DNA of 64,000 nucleotides, taken from NCBI GenBank assembly GCA_050949565.1, contig JBMNFY010000017.1, positions 768,001 through 832,000 on the forward strand, written 5' to 3'. Shown piece by piece: positions 8,604 to 18,520 of the stretch (the first letter of the stretch is position 1; the number at the start of each line of letters is the position of its first letter). The stretch comes from Kiritimatiellia bacterium. GTDB taxonomy: Bacteria; Verrucomicrobiota; Kiritimatiellia; RFP12; UBA1067. The translations under genes were made by a program, and so were the position numbers. The notes under the pieces were generated by a model. That model was given only the letters and a program-made list of their open reading frames with translations, was not told where the DNA came from and did no database searches.

Positions 8604-10328
8604 TTATTCGCTACCGGTGACTTCAAGGGCGGCACGCAGGGAAGTGATGCCGTCACGGACCTTCATCAGGCCGACGTCTTTCAACGTAGCCATACCCTCC
8701 TTAATTGCGACCGTACGGATAACGTCGGCCGGAGCACCTTTCACGGCGGCTTCGCGGATGGCATCCGTGACCGGCAGCACCTCCATGAAGGCGCCGCGCC
8801 CCTTGAAACCAATGTTGTTACACTTGGGACAGCCGACCTCTTCATAGAGCGTGGCCTCTTCAAAGAAGGCGGGATCAATCTGATTGGCAGCCAACACGTC
8901 GGGATCAATCTCAGCGGCCTTTTTGCAAAGCGGGCAGAGTTTGCGATAGAGACGCTGCGCTTGAGCCAAGATCAGCGAGGAGGCTATCAAGAAAGGCGGG
9001 ACCCCCATATCGATCAGACGGGGAATGACCCCGGCGGCGTCGTTGGTGTGCAGGGTGCTCAACACGAGATGGCCCGTCAACGCCGCTTTGACAGCAATAT
9101 CGGCGGTTTCACCGTCGCGGATCTCGCCGACCAGCACGATATCGGGGTCTTGGCGCAGCACGGAACGCAAGATCGAAGCGAAGGTAAGGCCGGCCTGTTG
9201 GTTGACGTGTACCTGGTTGATGCCCTCGATTTGATATTCGACGGGATCTTCGGCAGTCACAATATTGACATCCGGCGTGTTCAGGTCTTGCAAGCAGGAG
9301 TAGAGCGTCGTCGTCTTTCCGGAACCGGTTGGCCCGGTCACCAGGATGATACCGTGCGGCTGATTGATGGCATGCTTCATGGCCTGGTAGGCGAAGTCGT
9401 CTAAGCCAAGCGAAGCCAGGCTGGGTGCCAGATTGCTCTTGTCCAGCGTACGCATCACCACCTTCTCGCCGTGGACGGTCGGCAGAATGCTGACACGGAT
9501 ATCGACCTCTTTCTTGAGGGCTTTGACCCTGAAGCGGCCGTCCTGCGGGTTGCGGCGCTCCGCGATGTCGAGGTCCGACATGATCTTGATACGTGAGACA
9601 ATCGCGTTGTGAAGCGCACGCGGCGGGCTGGGGCGCTCAATCAGAGCACCGTCAATCCGGTAACGCAGGCGCGAGGTGCGTTCCATCGCCTCAAAATGAA
9701 TATCGCTCGCACCGGTGCGCAGTGCCTCGACCAGCATCATATTGACCATCCGGATCACCGGGGCTCCTTCAGCAGTCTCCAGCGTCTGGTCAATGCTCTC
9801 TTCCCTACCCTGCGGCTCGTTCGAGAACTCGATGTCGGCGTCGCCCCCCTTCATGATGTTCTCCATCGCCAACTTGGGGTTGGAGGCGTCGGTGCGCGCC
9901 TTAGCGCGGCCCAGCGCATCGGTGACCTCGCGTTCTGCGGCGATCAGCGGAATAATCTCGAGGCGCGTGTGCCGCGACACCTCCTCTTGCGCCATCAAGT
10001 CGAAGGGGTCACCAAACACCACCGTCAAGTGCCGGCCCAACTTCATGAGAGGGACGGCCTTGGAGCGTGTCCAGATCTGCGGCGGGATCAGGTCGATCAG
10101 TTCCTGCGGCGGGATCAAGGTCGCCGGCAGCGTAATCGGGGGCAGATTGAAATAGGCGGCAACGGTCAGCGTGAGCGCCTCGGGAGAAACCAACTTGCTT
10201 TGCGCCAGATAACGTTCCAGCGGGAGCTTACCGGCATCTTCCAGCGAGGCCTGAAGCTGATCCTGGGTCAGGACACCGCGCTGTAGCAGAGCGTCCTGAA
10301 AACTTGAATAATGAACCGATTGCGGCAT
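8604..10328 (-). CDS. pilB: Type IV pilus assembly ATPase PilB/GspE
   Basis: N-terminal T2SSE_N domain, ASDIHFE, GPTGSGKTTT, TAEDPVE, LRQDPD...GEIRD, TGHLVLSTLHTN, tetracysteine CPLC...CPKC. Confidence 0.96.
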   Translation of the reverse strand: MPQSVHYSSFQDALLQRGVLTQDQLQASLEDAGKLPLERYLAQSKLVSPEALTLTVAAYFNLPPITLPATLIPPQELIDLIPPQIWTRSKAVPLMKLGRHLTVVFGDPFDLMAQEEVSRHTRLEIIPLIAAEREVTDALGRAKARTDASNPKLAMENIMKGGDADIEFSNEPQGREESIDQTLETAEGAPVIRMVNMMLVEALRTGASDIHFEAMERTSRLRYRIDGALIERPSPPRALHNAIVSRIKIMSDLDIAERRNPQDGRFRVKALKKEVDIRVSILPTVHGEKVVMRTLDKSNLAPSLASLGLDDFAYQAMKHAINQPHGIILVTGPTGSGKTTTLYSCLQDLNTPDVNIVTAEDPVEYQIEGINQVHVNQQAGLTFASILRSVLRQDPDIVLVGEIRDGETADIAVKAALTGHLVLSTLHTNDAAGVIPRLIDMGVPPFLIASSLILAQAQRLYRKLCPLCKKAAEIDPDVLAANQIDPAFFEEATLYEEVGCPKCNNIGFKGRGAFMEVLPVTDAIREAAVKGAPADVIRTVAIKEGMATLKDVGLMKVRDGITSLRAALEVTGSE

Positions 10329-10343
10329 GATAAAGGGCAGGGA

Positions 10344-10359
10344 AGCAGGAAAGGTGCCA
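10344..10359 (-). promoter_or_regulatory. sigma54 promoter upstream of pilB
   Basis: Minus strand TGGCACCTTTCCTGCT, GG-N10-GC; predicted start ~5 nt before the ATG (near-leaderless). Confidence 0.65.
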
Positions 10360-10494
10360 AGGGAAGTGCATTAGTGCATTAGTTAATTAGTGCATTAGTG
10401 TATTAGTGCCTTACGGCTCGACAAGCGCGATAAAAAACAAGTTGTTTGTTTAACGCAGAGGCGCGGAGACGCAGAGTTTTTTGAGTGGCATTGC

Positions 10495-13400
10495 TCGGGT
10501 TTTGGAACCACAGAGAACACAGAGGACACAGAGGTTTTGGGGCGGCATGGCATGGCTCGGGTTTATTTAACCACGAAACACACGGAATACACGAAAAGGA
10601 AGCATGGTTTTTCATGAAGTTTCATGTGTTTCATGGTTCGGGTTTTGGAACCACAGAGAACACAGAGGACACAGAGGTTTTGGGGCGGCATGGCATGGCT
10701 CGGGTTTATTTAACCACGAAACACACGGAATACACGAAAAGGAAGCATGGTTTTTCATGAAGTTTCATGTGTTTCATGGTTCGGGTTTTGGAACCACAGA
10801 GAACACAGAGGACACAGAGGTTTTGGGGCGGCATGGCATGGCTCGGGTTTATTTAACCACGAAACACACGGAATACACGAAAAGGAAGCATGGTTTTTCA
10901 TGAAGTTTCATGTGTTTCATGGTTCGGGTTTTGGAACCACAGAGAACACAGAGGACACAGAGGTTTTGGGGCGGCATGGCATGGCTCGGGTTTATTTAAC
11001 CACGAAACACACGGAATACACGAAAAGGAAGCATGGTTTTTCATGAAGTTTCATGTGTTTCATGGTTCGGGTTTTGGAACCACAGAGAACACAGAGGACA
11101 CAGAGGTTTTGGGGCGGCATGGCATGGCTCGGGTTTATTTAACCACGAAACACACGGAATACACGAAAAGGAAGCATGGTTTTTCATGAAGTTTCATGTG
11201 TTTCATGGTTCGGGTTTTGGAACCACAGAGAACACAGAGGACACAGAGGTTTTGGGGCGGCATGGCATGGCTCGGGTTTATTTAACCACGAAACACACGG
11301 AATACACGAAAAGGAAGCATGGTTTTTCATGAAGTTTCATGTGTTTCATGGTTCGGGTTTTGGAACCACAGAGAACACAGAGGACACAGAGGTTTTGGGG
11401 CGGCATGGCATGGCTCGGGTTTATTTAACCACGAAACACACGGAATACACGAAAAGGAAGCATGGTTTTTCATGAAGTTTCATGTGTTTCATGGTTCGGG
11501 TTTTGGAACCACAGAGAACACAGAGGACACAGAGGTTTTGGGGCGGCATGGCATGGCTCGGGTTTATTTAACCACGAAACACACGGAATACACGAAAAGG
11601 AAGCATGGTTTTTCATGAAGTTTCATGTGTTTCATGGTTCGGGTTTTGGAACCACAGAGAACACAGAGGACACAGAGGTTTTGGGGCGGCATGGCATGGC
11701 TCGGGTTTATTTAACCACGAAACACACGGAATACACGAAAAGGAAGCATGGTTTTTCATGAAGTTTCATGTGTTTCATGGTTCGGGTTTTGGAACCACAG
11801 AGAACACAGAGGACACAGAGGTTTTGGGGCGGCATGGCATGGCTCGGGTTTATTTAACCACGAAACACACGGAATACACGAAAAGGAAGCATGGTTTTTC
11901 ATGAAGTTTCATGTGTTTCATGGTTCGGGTTTTGGAACCACAGAGAACACAGAGGACACAGAGGTTTTGGGGCGGCATGGCATGGCTCGGGTTTATTTAA
12001 CCACGAAACACACGGAATACACGAAAAGGAAGCATGGTTTTTCATGAAGTTTCATGTGTTTCATGGTTCGGGTTTTGGAACCACAGAGAACACAGAGGAC
12101 ACAGAGGTTTTGGGGCGGCATGGCATGGCTCGGGTTTATTTAACCACGAAACACACGGAATACACGAAAAGGAAGCATGGTTTTTCATGAAGTTTCATGT
12201 GTTTCATGGTTCGGGTTTTGGAACCACAGAGAACACAGAGGACACAGAGGTTTTGGGGCGGCATGGCATGGCTCGGGTTTATTTAACCACGAAACACACG
12301 GAATACACGAAAAGGAAGCATGGTTTTTCATGAAGTTTCATGTGTTTCATGGTTCGGGTTTTGGAACCACAGAGAACACAGAGGACACAGAGGTTTTGGG
12401 GCGGCATGGCATGGCTCGGGTTTATTTAACCACGAAACACACGGAATACACGAAAAGGAAGCATGGTTTTTCATGAAGTTTCATGTGTTTCATGGTTCGG
12501 GTTTTGGAACCACAGAGAACACAGAGGACACAGAGGTTTTGGGGCGGCATGGCATGGCTCGGGTTTATTTAACCACGAAACACACGGAATACACGAAAAG
12601 GAAGCATGGTTTTTCATGAAGTTTCATGTGTTTCATGGTTCGGGTTTTGGAACCACAGAGAACACAGAGGACACAGAGGTTTTGGGGCGGCATGGCATGG
12701 CTCGGGTTTATTTAACCACGAAACACACGGAATACACGAAAAGGAAGCATGGTTTTTCATGAAGTTTCATGTGTTTCATGGTTCGGGTTTTGGAACCACA
12801 GAGAACACAGAGGACACAGAGGTTTTGGGGCGGCATGGCATGGCTCGGGTTTATTTAACCACGAAACACACGGAATACACGAAAAGGAAGCATGGTTTTT
12901 CATGAAGTTTCATGTGTTTCATGGTTCGGGTTTTGGAACCACAGAGAACACAGAGGACACAGAGGTTTTGGGGCGGCATGGCATGGCTCGGGTTTATTTA
13001 ACCACGAAACACACGGAATACACGAAAAGGAAGCATGGTTTTTCATGAAGTTTCATGTGTTTCATGGTTCGGGTTTTGGAACCACAGAGAACACAGAGGA
13101 CACAGAGGTTTTGGGGCGGCATGGCATGGCTCGGGTTTATTTAACCACGAAACACACGGAATACACGAAAAGGAAGCATGGTTTTTCATGAAGTTTCATG
13201 TGTTTCATGGTTCGGGTTTTGGAACCACAGAGAACACAGAGGACACAGAGGTTTTGGGGCGGCATGGCATGGCTCGGGTTTATTTAACCACGAAACACAC
13301 GGAATACACGAAAAGGAAGCATGGTTTTTCATGAAGTTTCATGTGTTTCATGGTTCGGGTTTTGGAACCACAGAGAACACAGAGGACACAGAGGTTTTGG

Positions 13401-13514
13401 GGCGGCATGGCATGGCTCGGGTTTATTTAACCACGAAACACACGGAATACACGAAAAGGAAGCATGGTTTTTCATGAAGTTTCATGTGTTTCATGGTTCG
13501 GGTTTTGGAACCAC
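10495..13514. repeat. Tandem array of 21 complete 143-bp units plus a 17-bp partial unit
   Basis: Unit begins TCGGGTTTTGGAACCACAGAGAACACAG at 10495, 10638 ... 13498 (3003/143 = 21). The ORF track shows identical translations every 143 bp; no unique spacers. Confidence 0.97.
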
Positions 13515-13629
13515 GGAATACACTGAACACACGGAAAGACATGGAGCGGGTTTTTGGGAACCACAGAGAGCACAGAGGTTTTTTGGGGGTAGCGGTATTC
13601 CCAGACAAACTAATGAACTAATTAACTTG

Positions 13630-13808
13630 CCTATAAATTGACAGGATTTCCCGCTGCGCGGGCGCATGTATCCATGATTTTCATGATTTTCAGGATTGAA
13701 TAACATCATGTTAATCATGGATTTCTCCCCGCCGAAGCGAAGCTGTCGGAAATCATGTCCTAAAATTATTCCAAGGTTTTTTCGCGGCGAAGCTGCGCGG
13801 CAGGCTAA
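13630..13808. repeat. Dispersed CATGATT-periodic element, inverted copy of 25047-25175 with two internal insertions
   Basis: CCTATAAATTGACAGGATT...CATGATTTTCAGGATTGAA...CATGTCCTAAA.TTATTCCAAGGTTTTTTCGCGGCGAAGC.GCGCGGC.GGCTAA matches the reverse complement of the 25 kb element. Confidence 0.85.
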
Positions 13809-13829
13809 CTCCCTAAATTTCAACTGCCA

Positions 13830-13845
13830 CGGCACGAAGCTTGCT
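13830..13845 (+). promoter_or_regulatory. sigma54 promoter, divergent from pilB
   Basis: CGGCACGAAGCTTGCT, GG-N10-GC with TTGC, 24 bp upstream of ATG 13870. Confidence 0.75.
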
Positions 13846-13869
13846 TCACTCACTGCAGGAGAACGTGAG

Positions 13870-14736
13870 ATGGCTGATCCTGACGCAAAACTGATTGAAG
13901 CGATTTCCTTTTTTGAGCAGATTTTACAGACGATGCCGGGAGACCGGACGAGTCTGGAATTTCTGGTCGTTGCCTATGAGCAGACCGGACAAGTCGAGAA
14001 ACGTCGCGACTGCCTGGTCAAACTGGCGGACACGTTGCTGAACGAGAAGGACTATGACAATGCCCAGGTGATCGCCGGGTATCTAAGCGCGTACACGGAC
14101 GATCCGCCGGCGCGGGCGGCGGTCCAAAAGGTGGCCTCTGTGGTTCAGGGCGAGATCCTGCGTGGCCAGTACCGCAGCGATGTTTCCGGCGCCAGCGGAT
14201 TGTCAGTCGATCACGAACCGGCTTTTGCGCCCGCCTTCCAAGATGTTGGCCTTGAGGTGCAAGCCCTCTCGCGCGCGGCATCGGCCGCCGAAATGGACTT
14301 GGTCTGGCTGTGGAAAGAGCGTGAGTTCCTCCCCAAGGATGTCTGCATGGACGTGTTGCATGTGTTGACGGACCGGCCGGTCACCGATGTCCCGGCCCTG
14401 ATATCAGCGCTGGCTCTATTGGATGAGCAACGCCCGGAACTGACCGACGCGTTAATGGAGCAGATGCAGCGGGAGAGCCGGATGCCGCCGATCCCGATTG
14501 AACTGTTCGATGTCCAGCCAGCGGCTGCGGCTGTTCTGGCCCCGGTTTACGTGCATGTGCGAGGCGTACTGCCCTTCGCGCTGATGGGCGATAACGCACT
14601 GGTCGCGGTGCTGAATCCTCTCAATCGGGCCCTGCAAGAGGAAACGGTCGCGCGCGCCGCGCGGCCCTGCCATTTTTTCATGGCGCACCCCAGAACATGG
14701 CAGCAGATGGCCGCGAAAATCACGATAGATCAATAA
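13870..14736 (+). CDS. TPR-like protein with C-terminal T2SSE_N (PilB N-terminal-like) domain, no ATPase
   Basis: RBS CAGGAGA before ATG 13870 (MADPDAK). N-terminal helical repeat; C-terminal VLPFALMGDNALVAVLNPLN aligns by eye with PilB AVPLMKLGRHLTVVFGDPFD. Confidence 0.7.
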   Translation: MADPDAKLIEAISFFEQILQTMPGDRTSLEFLVVAYEQTGQVEKRRDCLVKLADTLLNEKDYDNAQVIAGYLSAYTDDPPARAAVQKVASVVQGEILRGQYRSDVSGASGLSVDHEPAFAPAFQDVGLEVQALSRAASAAEMDLVWLWKEREFLPKDVCMDVLHVLTDRPVTDVPALISALALLDEQRPELTDALMEQMQRESRMPPIPIELFDVQPAAAAVLAPVYVHVRGVLPFALMGDNALVAVLNPLNRALQEETVARAARPCHFFMAHPRTWQQMAAKITIDQ

Positions 14737-16720
14737 AGTTCTGGAGCACGGCCTTTAATTCGTCGCGTGTGTAGGGCTTACCCAGAAACGCATCGTAACG
14801 CGCAGAGGCAAACGTGGTGCGGACACGCTCCTCCGCATGCCCCGAGAGAATGATCGTCGGAAGATCGGGGCGGCTGAGACGCAAGATCGAGAGCAGGCGC
14901 ACGTTGTCGAGGCTGTCTGCCTGCGCATCCAAAAGAAGCAGACGGATATCGTCGGCATGTTGGCTGAAGAGCGTCTGTGCCTCCCGCTGACTGGCGGCCA
15001 TCAATGCCTCGATGCCCAGTGAACGCAGCACCATGCCCGTGGTCCGCAAGATAGCGGGCTCATCCTCGACCAGCAACACCAGTGGCCGCGCAGTATTTCC
15101 GTTCGACTTAGCGTGTGGGTCAGTCACAGTCAGAGCGCCGTCCGTTGCGCCGGATTGCGTGTCCCCTGCACCTGCATCGGACACGGGTTGCGGTTGTTTG
15201 AAAACAGGCAGCCAGATGCGGAAGCAGGTGCCTTTGCCGAGTTCTGTCTGGATCGCGATGCCGCCGTTGTGGACGTCGACAATGCCGAAAACCGTTGCCA
15301 GCCCCAGACCGCGTCCGACCGCCTTGGTAGAGACAAAGGGCTCGAAGATGCGGTCGAGCACATCGGGGGGAATGCCTGGGCCGGTGTCTTCAATTTGAAT
15401 CAGCAGGCCGCGCTCGAACGGAAGCGGACGCGTACTGAAAAAGTCGACCGATATCTGTCGGGTCAGGGTCAGAAGACTGGTGCTGACGGTGATATGCCCG
15501 CTGGCCCCCTTGAAAGCCTCTGAAGCATTCCGTAGCAGGTTGATGATCACCTTCCAGAATTGGTGGGGATCGGCGGCCACAGGCGGCAGGTCCGGGGCCA
15601 GCTTGAAATCGAGAATGACGTTCTGCGCAACCACGCCGCTCATCAGACTCTTAAGTTCGCGAATCATCGCGTTGACATCCTGGCATTCAAATTCGGCCGG
15701 GGTGTGGCCAGCGTATGTCATCAACTCACGCGTCAACGTGGCACCTTTGTCCGCCGCTTGACGGATGGTTCTCGCCGCCTCGCTCTCTTCGTCATCGGAT
15801 TGGATCCGGACCAGTTCCACCGTGTTTTGGATAATCGCGAGAATGTTGTTGAAATCGTGGGCAATCCCGGCCGCCATGGTACCGAGGCTCTCCATCTTCT
15901 GTACTTTCGCAAGATGTGCCTCGACCTGTTCGCGCACCTCGCGTTCACGCCACTCTTTGGTGACATCCCGCCAGACCACCACCCCCTGCTCGTCGTCCAT
16001 ACGGCTGACACGCACTTCAAAGTGGCGGTATGAACCATCCGCCTCCCGGCAACACAGCATCACCATCTGGGTACGGTCCGAACAAAGCGCCTCGCGCATC
16101 GCCCGACCGAACGCGTCACAATCGCTCTCCGGGAAAATGGGGGGCGAGAGAGACTCTCCTACCACGAGTCCCGGAATGGGATTCGTGTAATCAGGCTGCT
16201 TGAGGAGTGAGACCAGACGCCCCTTTACGTCGAAAACGCAGAGTCCGTCCGGCATACCGGCAATCAACGCGCGCTGGCTCTGTTTGCTCTGCTCGTTCTG
16301 GCGCGTCTTGAGCGCCAACACTCCGATCATCTCGTTAACGCTCTGCGCAAGAACGCCGAACTCGTCGTCGTGCGGCCAGTCGATAGCCGGACACGCCTCG
16401 TCCAAAAGATGACTACCGATCTCGCGGATCTGCTGGGTCAACGTGTCGAGCGGATTCAGGAACAGCCGCGACTGGAGCCAGAAAATCGGGATCACGAAAA
16501 CGATGCCCACCACCGCGATGAAGCAGGTCAGCCAGCCAAGCGCGACGCGGGCTAACGCGGTGAACGAGTCGGGCACTTGAACGTCGTCCCCGATCATCTG
16601 AACCACGATATACCCGCCGACATAGACGGAAAAGAGCAGGACAAGCAACACCAGTCCCGAGGCCAGGCTGACACGCAAGCGGATACTGTTTAACGTCAAG
16701 CTTTCCTGTGGTAAACGCAT
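14720..16720 (-). CDS. Hybrid sensor histidine kinase (TM-HAMP-PAS-HisKA-HATPase-REC)
   Basis: Two TM helices, DEFGVLAQSVNEM HAMP, AGIAHDFNNIL H-box, NLLRNA, DTGPGI, GRGLGL, receiver VLLVEDE; start uncertain (16720 or 16759). Confidence 0.92.
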   Translation of the reverse strand: MRLPQESLTLNSIRLRVSLASGLVLLVLLFSVYVGGYIVVQMIGDDVQVPDSFTALARVALGWLTCFIAVVGIVFVIPIFWLQSRLFLNPLDTLTQQIREIGSHLLDEACPAIDWPHDDEFGVLAQSVNEMIGVLALKTRQNEQSKQSQRALIAGMPDGLCVFDVKGRLVSLLKQPDYTNPIPGLVVGESLSPPIFPESDCDAFGRAMREALCSDRTQMVMLCCREADGSYRHFEVRVSRMDDEQGVVVWRDVTKEWREREVREQVEAHLAKVQKMESLGTMAAGIAHDFNNILAIIQNTVELVRIQSDDEESEAARTIRQAADKGATLTRELMTYAGHTPAEFECQDVNAMIRELKSLMSGVVAQNVILDFKLAPDLPPVAADPHQFWKVIINLLRNASEAFKGASGHITVSTSLLTLTRQISVDFFSTRPLPFERGLLIQIEDTGPGIPPDVLDRIFEPFVSTKAVGRGLGLATVFGIVDVHNGGIAIQTELGKGTCFRIWLPVFKQPQPVSDAGAGDTQSGATDGALTVTDPHAKSNGNTARPLVLLVEDEPAILRTTGMVLRSLGIEALMAASQREAQTLFSQHADDIRLLLLDAQADSLDNVRLLSILRLSRPDLPTIILSGHAEERVRTTFASARYDAFLGKPYTRDELKAVLQNFIDLS

Positions 16721-16763
16721 TCTAAAAAACCGGAAGGCGTAGCACGGGAGGTGCCACAACGTT

Positions 16764-18317
16764 TCAATGTGCAGGATACGCTCGTGCGGGGGCTTCTGTC
16801 GAGGAAAACTTTAAGGCGGCCGGCATCACGAACAAACTGACCTCGCTGATACAGGGGCAGGCCGCGGCTTGCGTGATGCGAAGACGGATGCGGTCGCTCT
16901 TGACTTTGGGCCCCCGGAAGAGCCGGCACGCGCCGATGCTCTGGCCTTTGGCATAACCGCGCCACTCGCCCTCTTGCCAAACGTCGATCTCGAAGGCATC
17001 CACACGATGGCCGAGTTTGATGTTTTCACGCAGGCGAATCACGTTGAACTCCGAGACGGACTGCAGGGTGAGCGTCAAGGTAGCGTTGGTCACACCGTCA
17101 TCCGTAGCCCAATAGCTGTACCGGTCACCATCAAGCACGCGCGCCGGCGCGAAAGGCGCGATTCCCCCACCCGATGCGGCCGTCGGTGCGGCACGCACCT
17201 GATCGGCGGTGACCCGCGCACCGCGCGCGAGGTCATTCGCGAAAAGCGTTTTCAGCAAGCCGCCGAACTCGTCCAGCGAACGGATATCCGCCGCGCACAC
17301 CAGTCCGTCACGGTCGGGCGCCACGCCAAGATTCATGCAGCCACCCTTACCGACGCTGTTGAAATAGATCTCCATGAGTTGGGCCGGAGTGCGCACGGTA
17401 GCGTCCTCGTTCGGGTGCCAGAACCAACCCTTGCGCAACGGCACGTCACATTCGGCCGGGATCCATGCTGTCCCGTTACGGTGGCCGGCCGGCCCCTCAA
17501 TGTGGTTCATCGTATCGCCGTTGGCCGGACGTGTGGGATCGGTCTTGCCTTTGGGCGTGAAGGTGGCCCAGCTCTCCTCGGCGGCGAAACCTTTCTCGTT
17601 GCCGACCCAGCGGCAGTCCGGTCCCACATCGCCGAAGATGCAGGCCTCGGGCTGAAGCTGGCGCACCAGCCCCCAGGTGGTCGGCCAATCATAGTAGGTG
17701 AAGCGATCGATGTTGCGTTTCTCGCGGGCGCCGCCATAGTAGCCGTCGCCGCCGTTGGCGCCGTCGAACCAGACCTCGAAGAGAGTGCCGTAGCGGGTGA
17801 GCAACTCGCGGAGCTGGCCGTGGTAGATCGGCAGATAGGCCGGTGTGCCGTAGGCCGCACTGTTGCGATCCCAGGGCGAGCAGTAGACCCCGAAACAAAG
17901 TCCGTGCTTCTTGGCGGCGTCGGCATATTCGCGCACGAGGTCGCCCTTGCCGCCGCGCCAAGGCGAGCGCGAGATGTTGTGTTCCGTGGTCCGGGTAGGC
18001 CAGAGGCAGAAGCCATCGTGATGCTTGGCCACCAGAATCACGCCTCGCATGCCGCCGCGCTTGAGCGCTGCCACCACCTGTCCGGCATCAAGCCGGGACG
18101 GATTGAAAAGCGCAGGGTCTTCATCGCCGTAACCCCATTCGCGGTCAGTGTAGGTGTTCAAGCCGTAGTGGATCAGCGCAAAAACCTCGGTCTCGTGCCA
18201 GCGCAACTGGCGCTCGCTCGGCACGGGGCCGTAGGGCGCAGGCGCGTTGGTCTGCGCAGCGGCTGAAACACCGAAACAAGTCAGAAACAGAGAGAATAAC
18301 AAGAACCGGATTTTCAC
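16764..18317 (-). CDS. Alpha-L-fucosidase (GH29) with C-terminal F5/8-type domain
   Basis: Signal peptide, IHYGLNTY, AKHHDGFCLWPT, YCSPWDRN, EVWFDGA, PAECDVPLRKGWFWH; start set at GTG 18317 after RBS GGAG. Confidence 0.93.
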   Translation of the reverse strand: MKIRFLLFSLFLTCFGVSAAAQTNAPAPYGPVPSERQLRWHETEVFALIHYGLNTYTDREWGYGDEDPALFNPSRLDAGQVVAALKRGGMRGVILVAKHHDGFCLWPTRTTEHNISRSPWRGGKGDLVREYADAAKKHGLCFGVYCSPWDRNSAAYGTPAYLPIYHGQLRELLTRYGTLFEVWFDGANGGDGYYGGAREKRNIDRFTYYDWPTTWGLVRQLQPEACIFGDVGPDCRWVGNEKGFAAEESWATFTPKGKTDPTRPANGDTMNHIEGPAGHRNGTAWIPAECDVPLRKGWFWHPNEDATVRTPAQLMEIYFNSVGKGGCMNLGVAPDRDGLVCAADIRSLDEFGGLLKTLFANDLARGARVTADQVRAAPTAASGGGIAPFAPARVLDGDRYSYWATDDGVTNATLTLTLQSVSEFNVIRLRENIKLGHRVDAFEIDVWQEGEWRGYAKGQSIGACRLFRGPKVKSDRIRLRITQAAACPCISEVSLFVMPAALKFSSTEAPARAYPAH

Positions 18318-18332
18318 ATCATGATCTCCCGT

Positions 18333-18520
18333 GCGGCGGAGCCCGCAACCCAAACTTTTTGAACGCTCAACTTTCAACTTTCAACGCTCAACTTTCAAGT
18401 ACGCCTGCAGAGCAGGCTTTTACACTCGCCGTTGTGAACCACTGCGTGGTCGCAACAATCGATACCGATACCGATAGCGATACCGATAGCGAACTAATGC
18501 ACTAACGCACTAATGCACTA
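18333..18520. repeat. Intergenic cluster of short-period repeats and dispersed elements
   Basis: GCGGCGGAGCCCGCAACCCAA (also 58568), (CAACTTT)n, block GCTTTTACACTCGCCG...CCACTGCGTGGTCGCAACAATCG shared with 2632-2678, (CGATAC/G)n, (GCACTAAT)n. Confidence 0.7.

Larger units (their letters stand above)
5536..8645. repeat. Tandem duplication unit 2 (3110 bp)
   Basis: Same sequence as 2413-5535. Differences seen cluster in the first ~400 bp (indels -8, -7, +1, +1 and about a dozen substitutions), plus one synonymous change at 4164/7274. Confidence 0.92.

Noticed and set aside
10495-13514. CRISPR array interpretation of the 143-bp tandem repeat
   Set aside because: Units are identical end to end with no unique spacers, and there are no cas genes in the window.
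10485-13641. Series of identical 99-aa ORFs
   Set aside because: By-product of the 143-bp period cycling through frames; mutually overlapping, with no RBS.
13696-13869. N-terminal extension of the 13696-14736 ORF
   Set aside because: It translates a dispersed repeat and the sigma54 promoter; the RBS supports 13870.
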